Positions 1 to 11,466 of a DNA stretch of 64,000 bases are shown here, piece after piece. Every line of letters begins with the position of its first letter. The stretch's first letter is position 1. Both the position numbers and the translations under genes were made by a program. The stretch lies in assembly GCA_000091205.1 (NCBI GenBank), contig AP006486.2; one strand, given 5' to 3'. Source of the stretch: Cyanidioschyzon merolae (lineage: Eukaryota). The notes beneath the pieces were generated by a model. The model was not told the origin of the DNA. It made no database searches and worked only from the letters and a program-made list of their open reading frames with translations.

Positions 1-28
1 CTGTGCTGTGCTGTGCTGTGCTGTGCTG
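1..28. repeat. (CTGTG)n microsatellite at window edge
   Basis: Five perfect tandem CTGTG units are visible at positions 1-25. Confidence 0.9.
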
Positions 29-2435
29 CACTTGACCGCACTGCCCCGTCCTATCCTATACTGTACTACCTGCTCAATGAGCTACAACTGGTCTTTGCGA
101 GCACGTATGAAGCACTCGAGCATCTTTACGAAGAGCATTGGCGGGGGCCGTTCAAGGTTGTTTCTTGACGCAGAGTCCAAGGAAGGAACTGGACAGGTGC
201 AGTGGAGACCGACGGAGTATCCCTCTGGTTGCACTCTGCTCAGTCGATACCCGAGTCCCGCAAAGAGGCTCGTTTCAATCGCTCATCGTCGCTGAAATCT
301 AAAATTTCGCGGCGGGTGCAGGTCCCGGGTTGCAGGACGTCATAGCTGTCGCCGTGCTCCCAGGTCAGGACGACGAAGCCAAGGGCCTGAACTGAAAGCA
401 GCTGGAGAAGCTAAATGTTTCCAGAGCTCCGTCTTATTGAGGGTCGCGCATGACAGGTGTCAGAAGGCATACCGACAGATGGAATGGACGCGGCAGGACC
501 CAGATAGACGCCCTGAATACCGTGCGGAGCAGAGGTGGTCCTTCGAACGCTTCAGCCGAAGATTGCGTGAGCGTCTGAATGGCTCGTGCGGAAGGCGTCT
601 CTGGCAGGCGTACCCGAGGCCGCGCTGAGGTCGCCAACTTTTTCGGTTGCACGGAGACAAGAAACGTCCATTGACCATCCACTTCTATAAATTGGAGAAG
701 GAAATGACCGACAAGTCGCTTCGTTCGAAGGCAGCGTAGGGTTCTTGATGTGTTGCGGCGTGCAGTGGCTCCACTCTTGCTCGTCGAATGCGAGCGCACG
801 ACAAGTGCAGGAATCGACTCTTCAGGAATCCCATCGGTGAGTGCGGGACGACAAACACTCCTTGCGGACACGGGTGTGCGCTGAAACTGATTGAGAAGAA
901 GCGAGTGAAGCGCAGACGGCTGTATAAGATGGTGTACGGCAGGGTGACCAAACCTCAGATACCGGTGCATTCGAAGGCGAGCGGCTTTGTATAGTGCGAT
1001 TCTACCAGCAAGCTTGTGCGCAGGCGCTTTCTGCATCGAGACTTGAACGTCCCGCTCAACGTTCGGAAATGTCACGTGCCTCCGGAGCGCTCAGCGGCTT
1101 TGCATCGTGCGGGTTGTCGGGGAAGAATCGTTCGCTTCTCAGCGTAGGCATTGTGCTGGAGCGCTGAGGACTCCCGATGCAGAACAAATCAGTAGCCGGG
1201 ATCGAGGATCGTGGATTTCCGCCTGGAGCAAGACACTGGTATGGAACGGTGTATCAGTTCGGAATAGGCTGGAGTGCCGCTTGTCTACATCGGGAAAGAC
1301 TTTCGTAGGCAACTGATGAGTGATTATGGTGTAGGATTACCCAATAAAATGGGCAGAAGAGCACCATAATATCGGTTCCTGAAATTAACCGATACGGCGA
1401 TACTTGCGAATACTGGGATCGTTTCATGAAGCTCATGAGCTAAAATGTATCGAGACAGGACTCGAGCGCTTCCGGCAGGATAACAGAACCCCATGTAAGG
1501 TAGTGTAGTGTTTTTCTTCCGTTCCGGCCCGTGAGATGCTTGAAGACGCCTTGTTGAGTGGTACACAATGTTTCTCAGTGGCGTCCGATCACACTTTGCG
1601 CATCGATTGTCGTTCTAACTGGCTGCTCCAGACTCCAGATATTTCGAGGATCTTGCACGAACAACGGCGCCTAGATTGCTTGCTTCTTGACAAGTATGGT
1701 TCCTTGTTTATGCGCCCCGGGTGAACTTAGATCTTGCTCGGTCTCAGCGCGTATCTACGAGACTGTGATTGCCGCAAAACACGTCAATTAGATCATGACC
1801 AGATATCTATTCCGGCTTATTCTTCGCTGTGCAGCTCGTACCTTGACAATATCTTGACAGCGTCCCTATTAGCGTTCTATATGGGAATCCAGCAACCTGT
1901 ACGCCCATACATGATAGTCTGAAAGTTTCCGCTAGTCACTGCTCCATGCGGTGCAGTTCATACGAGAATGCTCAGAATATTTTTGCCAGATTTTTCGCTG
2001 AAGCTCCCAATAGCCAGCGGAACTTGCTGTCTATAAAGCCGGAAAACGTGTTCGGCCCCTGGGGGAGGCAACTTGTAACCGAGGCGCGGCGCTTCGCCTC
2101 AAGAGTCTGTGGCCTGCGCCGCCTCCTTCGGGCCAAGACTGGAAACACCGGAAAATAACTAAAAGTCAGTTGCGTCGCCAGCGAATGCTCGACAAAGCAT
2201 CGCCAGTACAAGTCAGAGCAGGTGGACGGGTACGCTAGGCATGCAAGACACTGCCCAACCGAGCCGAATTCCACAAAGGAAAAGAATATCCGTCCCGATT
2301 CTATACGAATTCCGCAACAGCTGGAAAAGCGCGCGAGGTAGCATCCGCAGCCCGAGGTCTTTTCGAACCGACGATCTACATGCTCAGTGGAGCGAAAAGG
2401 CATCGCTTCCATAGAGAATGTAAATACACTCACTC

Positions 2436-2783
2436 TCAGACGCCCTCAGCCGTTTTCGACAGGCCCACTTTCATCGGCTTCAGCTTCGTCCTGCACACTT
2501 CGAGCTTGAGGGGCTGCCCCATGGAGCTGGATCGCGTCAGATCCTCGAGTCTCTTCTCCGGCACCGCACATCTCCTGATATTGATGGCAGCACTCAAGTC
2601 TCGATTCCCGAACTCTATAGGCTCATTGCCACTAATGGAACGCATCACTTCACGGATTCCTAAGCTTCTTGCTCTCAGTGCCAACCGATGCTCCGTGAGC
2701 GCCCCGTGCTTTTCTATCGCCGAAGCGCTCCGCGGCCTGCTCGCCATCACGACCTTCTGAAGTTTAAACCCAAGCTCATCCAC
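2436..2783 (-). pseudogene. TnpB/Fanzor-like C-terminal fragment with a RuvC-III-like motif 'NRDLSAAINIRRCAV'
   Basis: The 'D-x-(N/S)-A-A-I-N-I' motif is characteristic of RuvC-III in TnpB, Fanzor and Cas12. The same core recurs at 9.9k, 40.8k, 44.8k and 60.4k. No N-terminal RuvC-I/II is found in the same frame. Confidence 0.5.
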
Positions 2784-3478
2784 TGGATTTTCATTTCTTG
2801 AAATGAACGCACTTCTTCTTGCACTTAGGTGGGACCTTCCCGATGATAAAGAAGAACTTACGGAAGAAAGACGGGATGCATATCAGCGTTACCGTGTACT
2901 GAACATTTCAGCAATGCGCCCAGTGGAGCGATCATTACGTTTCTCGACGGGAAGCACTCCATGGATGGGGTCGAACCACGGAGAGTACGGAGGAGTGAAA
3001 ACCACTTCTACCCCGACAGAATTAGCAAAAGCTGGAACGCGACGTGAATGATGAAGTGCAACTTTATGCAATAGAGGGGTATTATCAGACGTGGGGAGAA
3101 GGCTTCAATAGTTGGACATACTGAATGCTGTTGTATGAACCCTCTCTACGAGCGAAACCAACGGCGCCAAACGAATCCTCTTGAACTAGAACAGATGAAG
3201 ATGTCCTCGTTCCCTACCAGCTCGATCGTACATACAGCGGGCTTGCTCTGAGCCAATACGCATATTCGTGCCGACTGTTTCATCTGAAGCAAGTCACATC
3301 GACCGAAAAAACATACCGACATCTCTGTTCTTCACAACCATGGCGACTTTCGAGGAACTCTGTAGTTGTGATGTTGGTGGAAGATGGCTGTGCATGAAAT
3401 TTGACTGCTTTTTTTGCGAATGTATCCCAGTGTATTCAGTAGCATACGAACAAGCTGTTGGGAAACAGAGACGCCCGT
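2500..3478 (-). mobile_element. Inverted-repeat arm A: ~1 kb copy of the TnpB/Fanzor-like repeat family, about 99% identical to arm B (9187-10170) in opposite orientation
   Basis: ORF pairs are near-identical between arms: 2436..2783(-) vs 9882..10418(+), 2380..2760(+) vs 9905..10279(-), 3268..3480(+) vs 9176..9397(-), 2889..3071(-) vs 9594..9776(+). Nucleotide identity breaks at 3478/9187 (inner ends) and near 2500/10170 (outer ends). Confidence 0.85.
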
Positions 3479-4854
3479 AACTGCTATTATCTTCTCCTTT
3501 GTTTTGCGTGAGATGATCGAGGAGTCCTTTTTGTACCATTCACCGCAAGTGGGTCGTGATAATGTCGGGTTTTGGCACCTTGCGCGTATACGTGTTTCTT
3601 TCAGTGTTCCTGAATTATCAGAGGAATGTGGCATGACTGACCTGAAGGAGTTTGTCATCCGCTTGCACTGTTCTGTAAAGACTATATCCTACAGGCAATT
3701 ATTCTACAATTTATAAGGTGCACTGCATCATGATTTCGATCTCTTGCTAAAGACTGCACCGGCTGTGGAACGAAACTGAGTTGTAAGACTATAATGGATG
3801 GTGAATGGTGGATCCTGAGGTCATGGTGCAGAATGATGAACACCCTCACGGACGCGAATAGTATTCGCGCTCAATCGAAGATAACTCTGTTCGTGTACAC
3901 GATCCGTCAATCATCATAAAGAAACTATCCGGTTGCTACATCCTATGGACCATTGAACAATAGCAGTGACACTTACCATCGAATCGGTGCATTTTTACCG
4001 AAAAGAACAAAAACTAACCTCTTACTAGCAACTCTACAGCAGCTTCTTTCTTCTCTACGCTGAGCGATAGAAGGGGGAGGAGTTTTCCGTAGTTTCCGAC
4101 GTTTACGTTCTGGGCGGAAGGTCCGGCGGGCCGGACAAGTCTGCAACGCAAGAACGTCATGCTCCTCCCTGTGGCGGGTGCTGCGGTTCGACCTTTAGCA
4201 GCTTGTCCGCAGCCCAGTTTATTCGGGCACTGGGCGTGGCCCTGGTCCCGGTGATCCCCTAGCTATCGCTTCGCATTGCCGCATGCAGTAGGTCTGTCTG
4301 CGCAGTTTGCAGGCTTCCGGAAGGATGATGTTATCCGATCCCGTGTCGGATGAACCACGCCTCGAGTCGACATGCCGATTGGTATGGCAACGCGGATCTG
4401 TCTCCGCGCTTCATCCGCACCAGCGGTATAGACGCTTTTGCGGGTGCTTACAACAGGCTCGGGGCACGGTAGAATATACGAAACGATCAGTATATCCGAG
4501 AGCAAATATGGGTAATGGAACTGGGACGTGTTGCGCAGCATGATGAACGCTTTCTCGATTACCAACGTCGATCACGCAATCTGGGATCCATGTACAACGT
4601 AAACGCTTCGTCGAAGAAAAAACATATAGAACTGAGCAGCGCGCTGGACCCGCCGCAGTTCGCAGCGACCCAGGTCACCAGATCCATACACTTGCCACAG
4701 GCAATAGCGTTCTGCACGCAATGAGCGCCTCACAGAAAAGGGTCACTTTAGTCGACAATTTTGAGGAGCTCTTTTTCGTTCGCGGAAGGAACGCCAAGGC
4801 GTAGAGAGGGCCGTTAGTCACCTGTGGGAAGCTATTTGTGGCTGTGTATTCTAG

Positions 4855-5550
4855 ATGGCAGCACTGGAGTCTGTGCCGTCTGGCGACGCGGAGCCGCGTC
4901 AAACGCTGCCACGGTCCCCGAGAGGTCGGCGCTCCTTCACAGAAGCACAACGAAAGGCTGCTTGGGAGCGAGCAAAGCCCGTTCCGGGGCGCGATCCCGA
5001 GCGATGGCGATATGATGTGTACGGAAATCCAGTTTTGCGGCCCTTGCACGGCTGTTTAGGCTGCTTTTGCTATGAGTTTGACCACCGAGTACCCTACTCG
5101 CTCGGAGGCGCGACAAGTCTTGACAATTGTGACATTCTTCAAACGCGCATAAACCGTCTCAAATCGAACGCTCTAGAAGGAGTGAATATATCCAGGGAAC
5201 AAATCCGCCAGTATGCATGTGAAGACGTGTCAAATGTCATTGACATGGACGCCATAGAGTTCGCGGTTTACGGCGACGTGCGCCGCGAGGGGCTTCACTG
5301 CCGTGCATACAGCTTGTTCGAGAAGGTCGCTTCCGAAATGCTGGTTTCCACCGGGCGAGTATCCAGGTTTGAAAGCGGATCTCCAGCAGTAACGGAACAT
5401 TCACCCATGAAGATATCTCGTCAAAGCAACATCCCATCATGCACCGAAGCGTTGAACCGTACTCCACAGCAGCAAGGCATGAAACCAGTACCGAGTCATC
5501 CTGAAATACCGATTCCACCCGCTTGGCTCTTTCTTCCATCCTTCTCGTGA
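4855..5550 (+). CDS. HNH endonuclease-domain protein, about 230 aa
   Basis: The motif 'CLGCFCYEFDHRVPYSLGGATSLDNCDILQTRINRLKSN' fits the HNH pattern C-x2-C...DH..P...GG...N....L....N..K. Its size and layout resemble small plant/algal HNH-domain proteins; this is from memory, not searched. Confidence 0.55.
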   Translation: MAALESVPSGDAEPRQTLPRSPRGRRSFTEAQRKAAWERAKPVPGRDPERWRYDVYGNPVLRPLHGCLGCFCYEFDHRVPYSLGGATSLDNCDILQTRINRLKSNALEGVNISREQIRQYACEDVSNVIDMDAIEFAVYGDVRREGLHCRAYSLFEKVASEMLVSTGRVSRFESGSPAVTEHSPMKISRQSNIPSCTEALNRTPQQQGMKPVPSHPEIPIPPAWLFLPSFS

Positions 5551-6224
5551 AATGAAGTGGTATCTGGCTGCTGGTATAGAACCTGCTAAACCACTACCCA
5601 CTAAAATGCATTCGAGTGTATATATATGCCGGTGCACAAGTGAGCTAATTTCTCATCGCCATTACGATCCAGCGTTAATATTGCCATCGAGATCCAGAAT
5701 ATGTGCAGGAGTTGCGACCGTTTCATGCAGCAATCAGTCTGATAATTACGTCCAAACTCTGAAAAGTGCAATCGATCCCAAATCCGTCTGGTCTGCTGTA
5801 ACTGCACCTTCTGAGCAATAAAGTGCCGCAGCGTTTCACGTTCTGGGTTAAAGCTTGCATTCTCGATTGGTGATCAAGCATGCAAACATGCGGCTGAGCT
5901 ATAAAAGTGAGAATCTGCGATATGCCGAAACTGATGTATGCAACCTCCTCGAGGAGATCGTGCACAGATGGGGCAGCCTGCACTAGAGCTGCAGTTGCCC
6001 AGTCGGCATCTAACATCGGCTGAGCTCGATGACAGCGCGTCCCGGCACACAGCAGAAACTACAGTCCTGTGCGAACTACCTCACAGGCGCACCTTCGAGA
6101 AGCAGAGAACCATCATCGTTAAGACGCGACTCACCTCTCCCACGCCGAGCTCGTTCCACCTCGCATGAAGACATCAAATGCCGCAAACATTGGCGTTGCT
6201 ACATCAGAATCGCTTCCACCGCCG

Positions 6225-7094
6225 TTATCTACTAGACGAGCGTGAACCGGCCGTGAGTTCAAGGGCGCGCTCTACGCTCCGCCATTGCTCTGCGCTTAGT
6301 GCCTCGTCGGGCTCAGCGAATTGCAGCCTCGATAGCCAGAGTTTCGCTGATTCTAATGAAAAGCCATACTTGTTCTGCAGAATATCCAAGCCTTCACCTG
6401 TGCAAAACTTTCTCTGTAAGGGCTCAATCTCACGCTTTAGTTCCGATACGGCGGCTCTTACATGTGCATCATCTCGACAAACAAGCACAAAAGCCGGCCA
6501 TGAAGGCGCATATTCGCCGACAAGGCGAATCAGACCCTGTCGTGTAGCTGCACACTCCTTTGTGAAACACGTTTCCCAGAGGAACATGTCGATGTCACCG
6601 GCAACTGCGGCCTGTATCAGACCATCGAAACTTCCGCATTCGAAGCTCTTTAGTATATCATTTTGAATACCTGTAGAGATCCAGCCACGATCACTAGCGA
6701 AAACAGAAAGAAGTAGATGGCTTCCGGAGCCCCTTCGGGAGAATCCCGCTCGGATGCTTTCTCCGCGAAGCACGGCCGCATCCAAGCTATTCAGATCAGT
6801 CCAGTCGGTTTTCTTGGAACTCACTGCGACTCCCCAGGCTAGAGGAGAAGCAACGTATACAGAGTGCACAGCGAGCCCAGAGGCAGCTGCTTTTGTGCGT
6901 GCCACAGCGCTCTCGGTAAGTGTAACCGCTACGTCTAACTCGCACTTCGCCAACATTTCGAGCGCGGCACCGCTGCCACCTGCAACCCCCAGAAACTCAA
7001 CCTGTAACTTCGTGGACGGGAGAGCGCCCTCCTGGGCTTGCATAAAAATCTCGTTGAAAGGCTCGGGCACGCCGCCAACTCGTAGTAAAGTCAT
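6225..7094 (-). CDS. Possible periplasmic-binding-protein-like II (NMT1/THI5/Ca3427-like) domain protein
   Basis: It is a complete 289-aa ORF. The N-terminal 'LRVGGVPEPFN' and overall composition recall the PBP2 / NMT1-like fold. The assignment is weak and no motif check was possible. Confidence 0.3.
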   Translation of the reverse strand: MTLLRVGGVPEPFNEIFMQAQEGALPSTKLQVEFLGVAGGSGAALEMLAKCELDVAVTLTESAVARTKAAASGLAVHSVYVASPLAWGVAVSSKKTDWTDLNSLDAAVLRGESIRAGFSRRGSGSHLLLSVFASDRGWISTGIQNDILKSFECGSFDGLIQAAVAGDIDMFLWETCFTKECAATRQGLIRLVGEYAPSWPAFVLVCRDDAHVRAAVSELKREIEPLQRKFCTGEGLDILQNKYGFSLESAKLWLSRLQFAEPDEALSAEQWRSVERALELTAGSRSSSR

Positions 7095-7896
7095 TATGAA
7101 AAAAGCACGTCCTCACAGGAAGAAAAGCCAGTACTCAATATACCTCTTCGTGCGCATCGTTGTAGCAGGACGGGCAGTTCTCCATGGGACTGTTTCAATG
7201 CATTGAAAAGAGTGTCCTTGGATCCAGAGAGCTAAAAAGATATGAAGCAAAACGAAACCTTCAAGGTAGGTAGGAGCCATTGCTGTTGTCCATGGACCGG
7301 CTTTGACGCGTTTAGGTGGATGTAAACGTACCCCGCAGCATGACCACGTAAGGGAACCAGAGGCGTCCCGATAGGCGATAGCCGTTGTGATGGCTTCTGG
7401 AGATAGAACGCGCTGACTTACATTCAGGCCGCACGCTGGGTCGTATACGTGAACGTGCTGACTGAGAGAGCCGGCTTCGTTCAAGGACAAGGTGCCCAGA
7501 GCTGCATTCCAGTGTGCCAAAGGCGTATGTGCCATGCTCTGAGCATCCGCGGGAAAACGAGAAGACTCGAGGATGCACGAGGACTTTGTCCAAGCTTTCG
7601 ATCTCGATTCCTATCGAGCTGCAACTTATGCGATGATCGAGTTGGGCCTGCAAGCTGGTCTGGAGTCGGACATGGAAACTTGTCTTTTCATGAAGACGTC
7701 ATGAATCAAGATCCAACCGCTTAAAGTAGGAAAGCTACATATATTTTGCTCCTACGCAAAACTGGAGCGCGAAATTTGCAGCCCACGTAAAGCTGTCTCC
7801 ATGAAGCTGCCTTCCCGAAAAAATTCTCCCCGAAGCCATCAGTTTTCAGCACAGAGGACCATGCTCCGCCGAGATCCATGCTTGTCCGCGTACCTG

Positions 7897-8691
7897 TCAC
7901 ATGAGATGCTGGTATCGCCACAATTTGATGCCCAGAAAAGTAGACGCAATATACGCCACCGTCCACCCTATACTCTCAATGATGGTCATCGCTCGCCAAT
8001 ACGTCCGCAAATTTTTGGCATTATTCTGAATCCATCCGAGACGTGTCCAACCGTTGAATGGAAACGGGAAGCTGACGATGCTCATCACAATGCAGAGCGC
8101 CGTGATGATACCGAGTATGCAGTACGATGCCTTATAATAAGTCGAGTCATCTTCCGCGCATGCTCTGAAAACTGTGAAATAACCGGCAGACAAGACAAAA
8201 AACCCCAAAAATACGTTAAGCAAAGAGACCACCCACTGGGCCCACGGATTTGAGGCTGCACCACGGGCTGCGAGAACAGTCCATGTTACCCAGTTCAAAA
8301 CCAACAACACCATAGCGTACCAAAAGAACCAACTGTACAACGCTGGGTTTGCTCGGACTAGAGGCACCAGCTCCGACAAATCTATGTGCACAACGTGGAA
8401 TATAGCCGGCCAGTTCGGTTTGTCCCACTCGATCCCTTTTCCAGTTACGGTGTTCGCGTTTCGAATAGGTACCGGGGGTGGCACCCGGCTGGCCCCTTCT
8501 GTGGCGTCCTCACCCATTTGAAACTCTTCCGGAAACCCAGCACCATGACGTTCTAGGGTGATCTTGCCACCAACTTTTTGGATCCAGCTCATGCCTCTCT
8601 GTAAAGACCCGTTGTGCTTGTAGGAAGTCCAAAAAAAACTCAGCCAAGCGAAGTGGATAAAAGTACAGCGGCGCGGCTCGCGCGCTTCCAT
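7897..8691 (-). CDS. Multi-pass membrane protein of unknown family
   Basis: The 264-aa ORF has 4-5 strongly hydrophobic segments, e.g. 'ALYSWFFWYAMVLLVLNWVTWTVLAA', 'WVVSLLNVFLGFFVLSAGYFTVF' and 'YCILGIITALCIVMSIVSF'. Confidence 0.4.
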   Translation of the reverse strand: MEAREPRRCTFIHFAWLSFFWTSYKHNGSLQRGMSWIQKVGGKITLERHGAGFPEEFQMGEDATEGASRVPPPVPIRNANTVTGKGIEWDKPNWPAIFHVVHIDLSELVPLVRANPALYSWFFWYAMVLLVLNWVTWTVLAARGAASNPWAQWVVSLLNVFLGFFVLSAGYFTVFRACAEDDSTYYKASYCILGIITALCIVMSIVSFPFPFNGWTRLGWIQNNAKNLRTYWRAMTIIESIGWTVAYIASTFLGIKLWRYQHLM

Positions 8692-8989
8692 TCTGAACGC
8701 ACAATCGTAGAGCCGTTACGCGTTCATCGATAGTGTGGGATATCGATGAGGGGATAGCGGGATCCCCCATATGCACAATGATGATGGATGTCCAGGTAAG
8801 AAGCCACCATCCGACCTGGGCCCGCTCAGTTCCAGTCTCCGCTAACAATACCTCCGTTCAGAGATGGTACAGTCTTTCAACTCGAATGTGTTTTAGCCTC
8901 GCTGCGGTGCATAGCTTGAGATCGAATTCAGTATGCAGTGTAACCAATAGATCGGGGACGAATTGACTGCAGCTATGCATTCTTCAATG

Positions 8990-10300
8990 ACCGGCGCACG
9001 GAGGACTGCATTCCTCCTCCTTCAGTTCAGACATACTACAGTACACAGATGGTGTAGGAGCACTGACAGAAAGAAGTAAGTGCGCTCCGCGCCAAAAACC
9101 GATATTCTCAAAGACTGGTTGAGGTCAATTGTAGAAAACGACCGATTGGTCATCTTGCGGAAAGCAAAAGCGACGTTAGAATCCATCCGGGCGTCTCTGT
9201 TTCCCAACAGCTTGTTCGTATGCTACTGAATACACTGGGATACATTCGCAAAAAAAGCAGTCAAATTTCATGCACAGCCATCTTCCACCAACATCACAAC
9301 TACAGAGTTCCTCGAAAGTCGCCATGGTTGTGAAGAACAGAGATGTCGGTATGTTTTTTCCGTCGATGTGACTTGCTTCAGATGAAACAGTCGGCACGAA
9401 TATGCGTATTGGCTCAGAGCAAACCCGCTGTACGTACGATCGAGCTGGTAGGGAACGAGGACATCTTCATCTGTTCTAGTTCAAGAGGATTCGTTTGGCG
9501 CCGTTGGTTTCGCTCGTAGAGAGGGTCCATACAACGGCATTCAGTATGTCCAACTATTGAAGCCTTCTCCCCACGTCTGATAACGCCCCTCTATTGCATA
9601 AAGTTGCACTTCATCATTCACGTCGCGTTCCAGCTTTTGCTAATTCTGTCGGGGTAGAAGTGGTTTTCACTCCTCCGTACTCTCCGTGGTTCGACCCCAT
9701 CCATGGAGTGCTTCCCGTCGAGAAACGTAATGATCGCTCCACTGGGCGCATTGCTGAAATGTTCAGTACACGGTAACGCTGATATGCATCCCGTCTTTCT
9801 TCCGTAAGTTCTTCTTTATCATCGGGAAGGTCCCACCTAAGTGCAAGAAGAAGTGCGTTCATTTCAAGAAATGAAAATCCAGTGGATGAGCTTGGGTTTA
9901 AACTTCAGAAGGTCGTGATGGCGAGCAGGCAGCGGAGCGCTTCGGCGATAGAAAAGCACGGGGCGCTCACGGAGCATCGGTTGGCACTGAGAGCAAGAAG
10001 CTTAGGAATCCGTGAAGTGATGCGTTCCATTAGTGGCAATGAGCCTATAGAGTTCGGGAATCGAGACTTGAGTGCTGCCATCAATATCAGGAGATGTGCG
10101 GTGCCGGAGAAGAGACTCGAGGATCTGACGCGATCCAGCTCCATGGGGCAGCCTCTCAGGATCGAAGCGTTCCTGCGTAAACTGGAAGCGATAGAATGCA
10201 ACCGGCCAAAAAGGCTAGCTGGCGTCCGTGCGTCGGTATTAGTTGCCCCGATATGGTCGTGGGGCATTTTTGGTTCCATTGACCGTATAATGGACAGGAG
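8990..10300 (+). mobile_element. Inverted-repeat arm B plus flanking family homology: a TnpB/Fanzor-like element copy
   Basis: 9187-10170 is about 99% identical to arm A. 8990-9187 and 10170-10300 are more weakly homologous to copies at 36.9-38.0 kb, 40.9-41.1 kb and 44.9-45.05 kb. It contains the RuvC-III motif 'GNRDLSAAINIRRCAV' in ORF 9882..10418. Confidence 0.7.
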
Positions 10301-10418
10301 CGGAGGTTCTCGAACGGATCGATTCTCCGATTTGTCAGCGGAGCGCCCGTGTAGAGGTGCATACGGTGGTGCGAAAAGTGTTCACTGTAGGGTCGGCCCA
10401 GACGAGTCGTTGGAGTGA
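9882..10418 (+). pseudogene. TnpB/Fanzor-like C-terminal fragment (RuvC-III and C-terminal tail)
   Basis: 'GNRDLSAAINIRRCAVPEKRLEDLTRSSSMGQPLRIEAFLRKLEAIECNRPKRLAGV' aligns with the C-terminus of the 44251..45201 ORF ('FNAAINTRRYAVLETRPPVLTRENFVRQPFKVKLYEKQLEAVVGGRSKKLGRV'). Confidence 0.5.
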
Positions 10419-11466
10419 ACTTGCCTCTCTTCTGATGATGACTATCGGTCTGGAGCTCTAGGCGCGCTAACGCTTTCGAAGGGTTTCAGCGCTGGCTTCC
10501 GTAGAGCTAGGCAGCACTCATGTTTTGCGGGGCATCCGATTTGCTTCATAGAATCTGGCTAATGAGTAACTGGGAACGGGAGAGGCTAGTACTAAGCGTT
10601 TCTCGTCGGTTCGAGTCCCCCTGAAATTAGCCACACTTATATCGAATTACGGGCTTCCACACAGACGGATAGCATGCTTCACCAAATGGACTGAACTGCA
10701 AGTTGCCGAAAGCGAGCTGCACCTCAAGGCCATGTTCTTCATGAGGTACGGGAATCAGGAGCTGTGTCGCGTTGCTGCAGAGCAGATCCACCTATAGTAG
10801 ACAGCTCGGTTCGAGAGCGAGTCCAACCGCTACGCAGAGCTCGCTGTATTCTATGATGCACCTTGAGGCGATCGGTTGCACCCCGAACGATGAGACTTCT
10901 CAGCAGTTTACCGTGTATCATCCGAGACGACCACAAAATGGATGTGGAGCAGCGTTCAGACTGAGGCTTAGTTGCGCCTCTCAAGCAAGTGACGATACCA
11001 GTAATGGAGGAGAAGTTGTCGGTGGCCCTGCTCAGAGCAACGAGCCTATTCATGCATGTTCGTTGAGGTTCGTGCAGGTCCGTCGAACGCGCTCAAAGCG
11101 GTCGTTGCATCATCCGTTTGACCTGGCTTCGTATGCTCGCGTGCATGTCTTATTTGATGCCAACCAAACAGTTGCTTGTACTCTTGCGCTGGTTTCGGCG
11201 CTAGTGCTCGACCAGTTTTGTATTCCCTGCGTGGTCGAATAGCGCCTGAACACACGCACTAATCTTGATAGGCACAATGAAACCTCCGCTAACTTCCCGA
11301 ATAAGGGCTGTGGCGAGTTTCTCTTGTTTCCACAGCGGGTCTGGAGGACTACTTGTTGTTGACCGAGGCAGAGGCTTCAGTCAAACGTCAGCTGCGTTTA
11401 GACTTTAGTGCAGCTTCTTTTGTAGGACCCAAGTCAATTTTCGATACCCCTCTACGGGCAGAAGCG

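Noticed and set aside
434-1075. 213-aa ORF on the minus strand near the window start
   Set aside because: It has no recognisable domain and an Arg/Pro/Leu-rich composition consistent with a random GC-rich ORF. A real small gene cannot be excluded, but there is no support.
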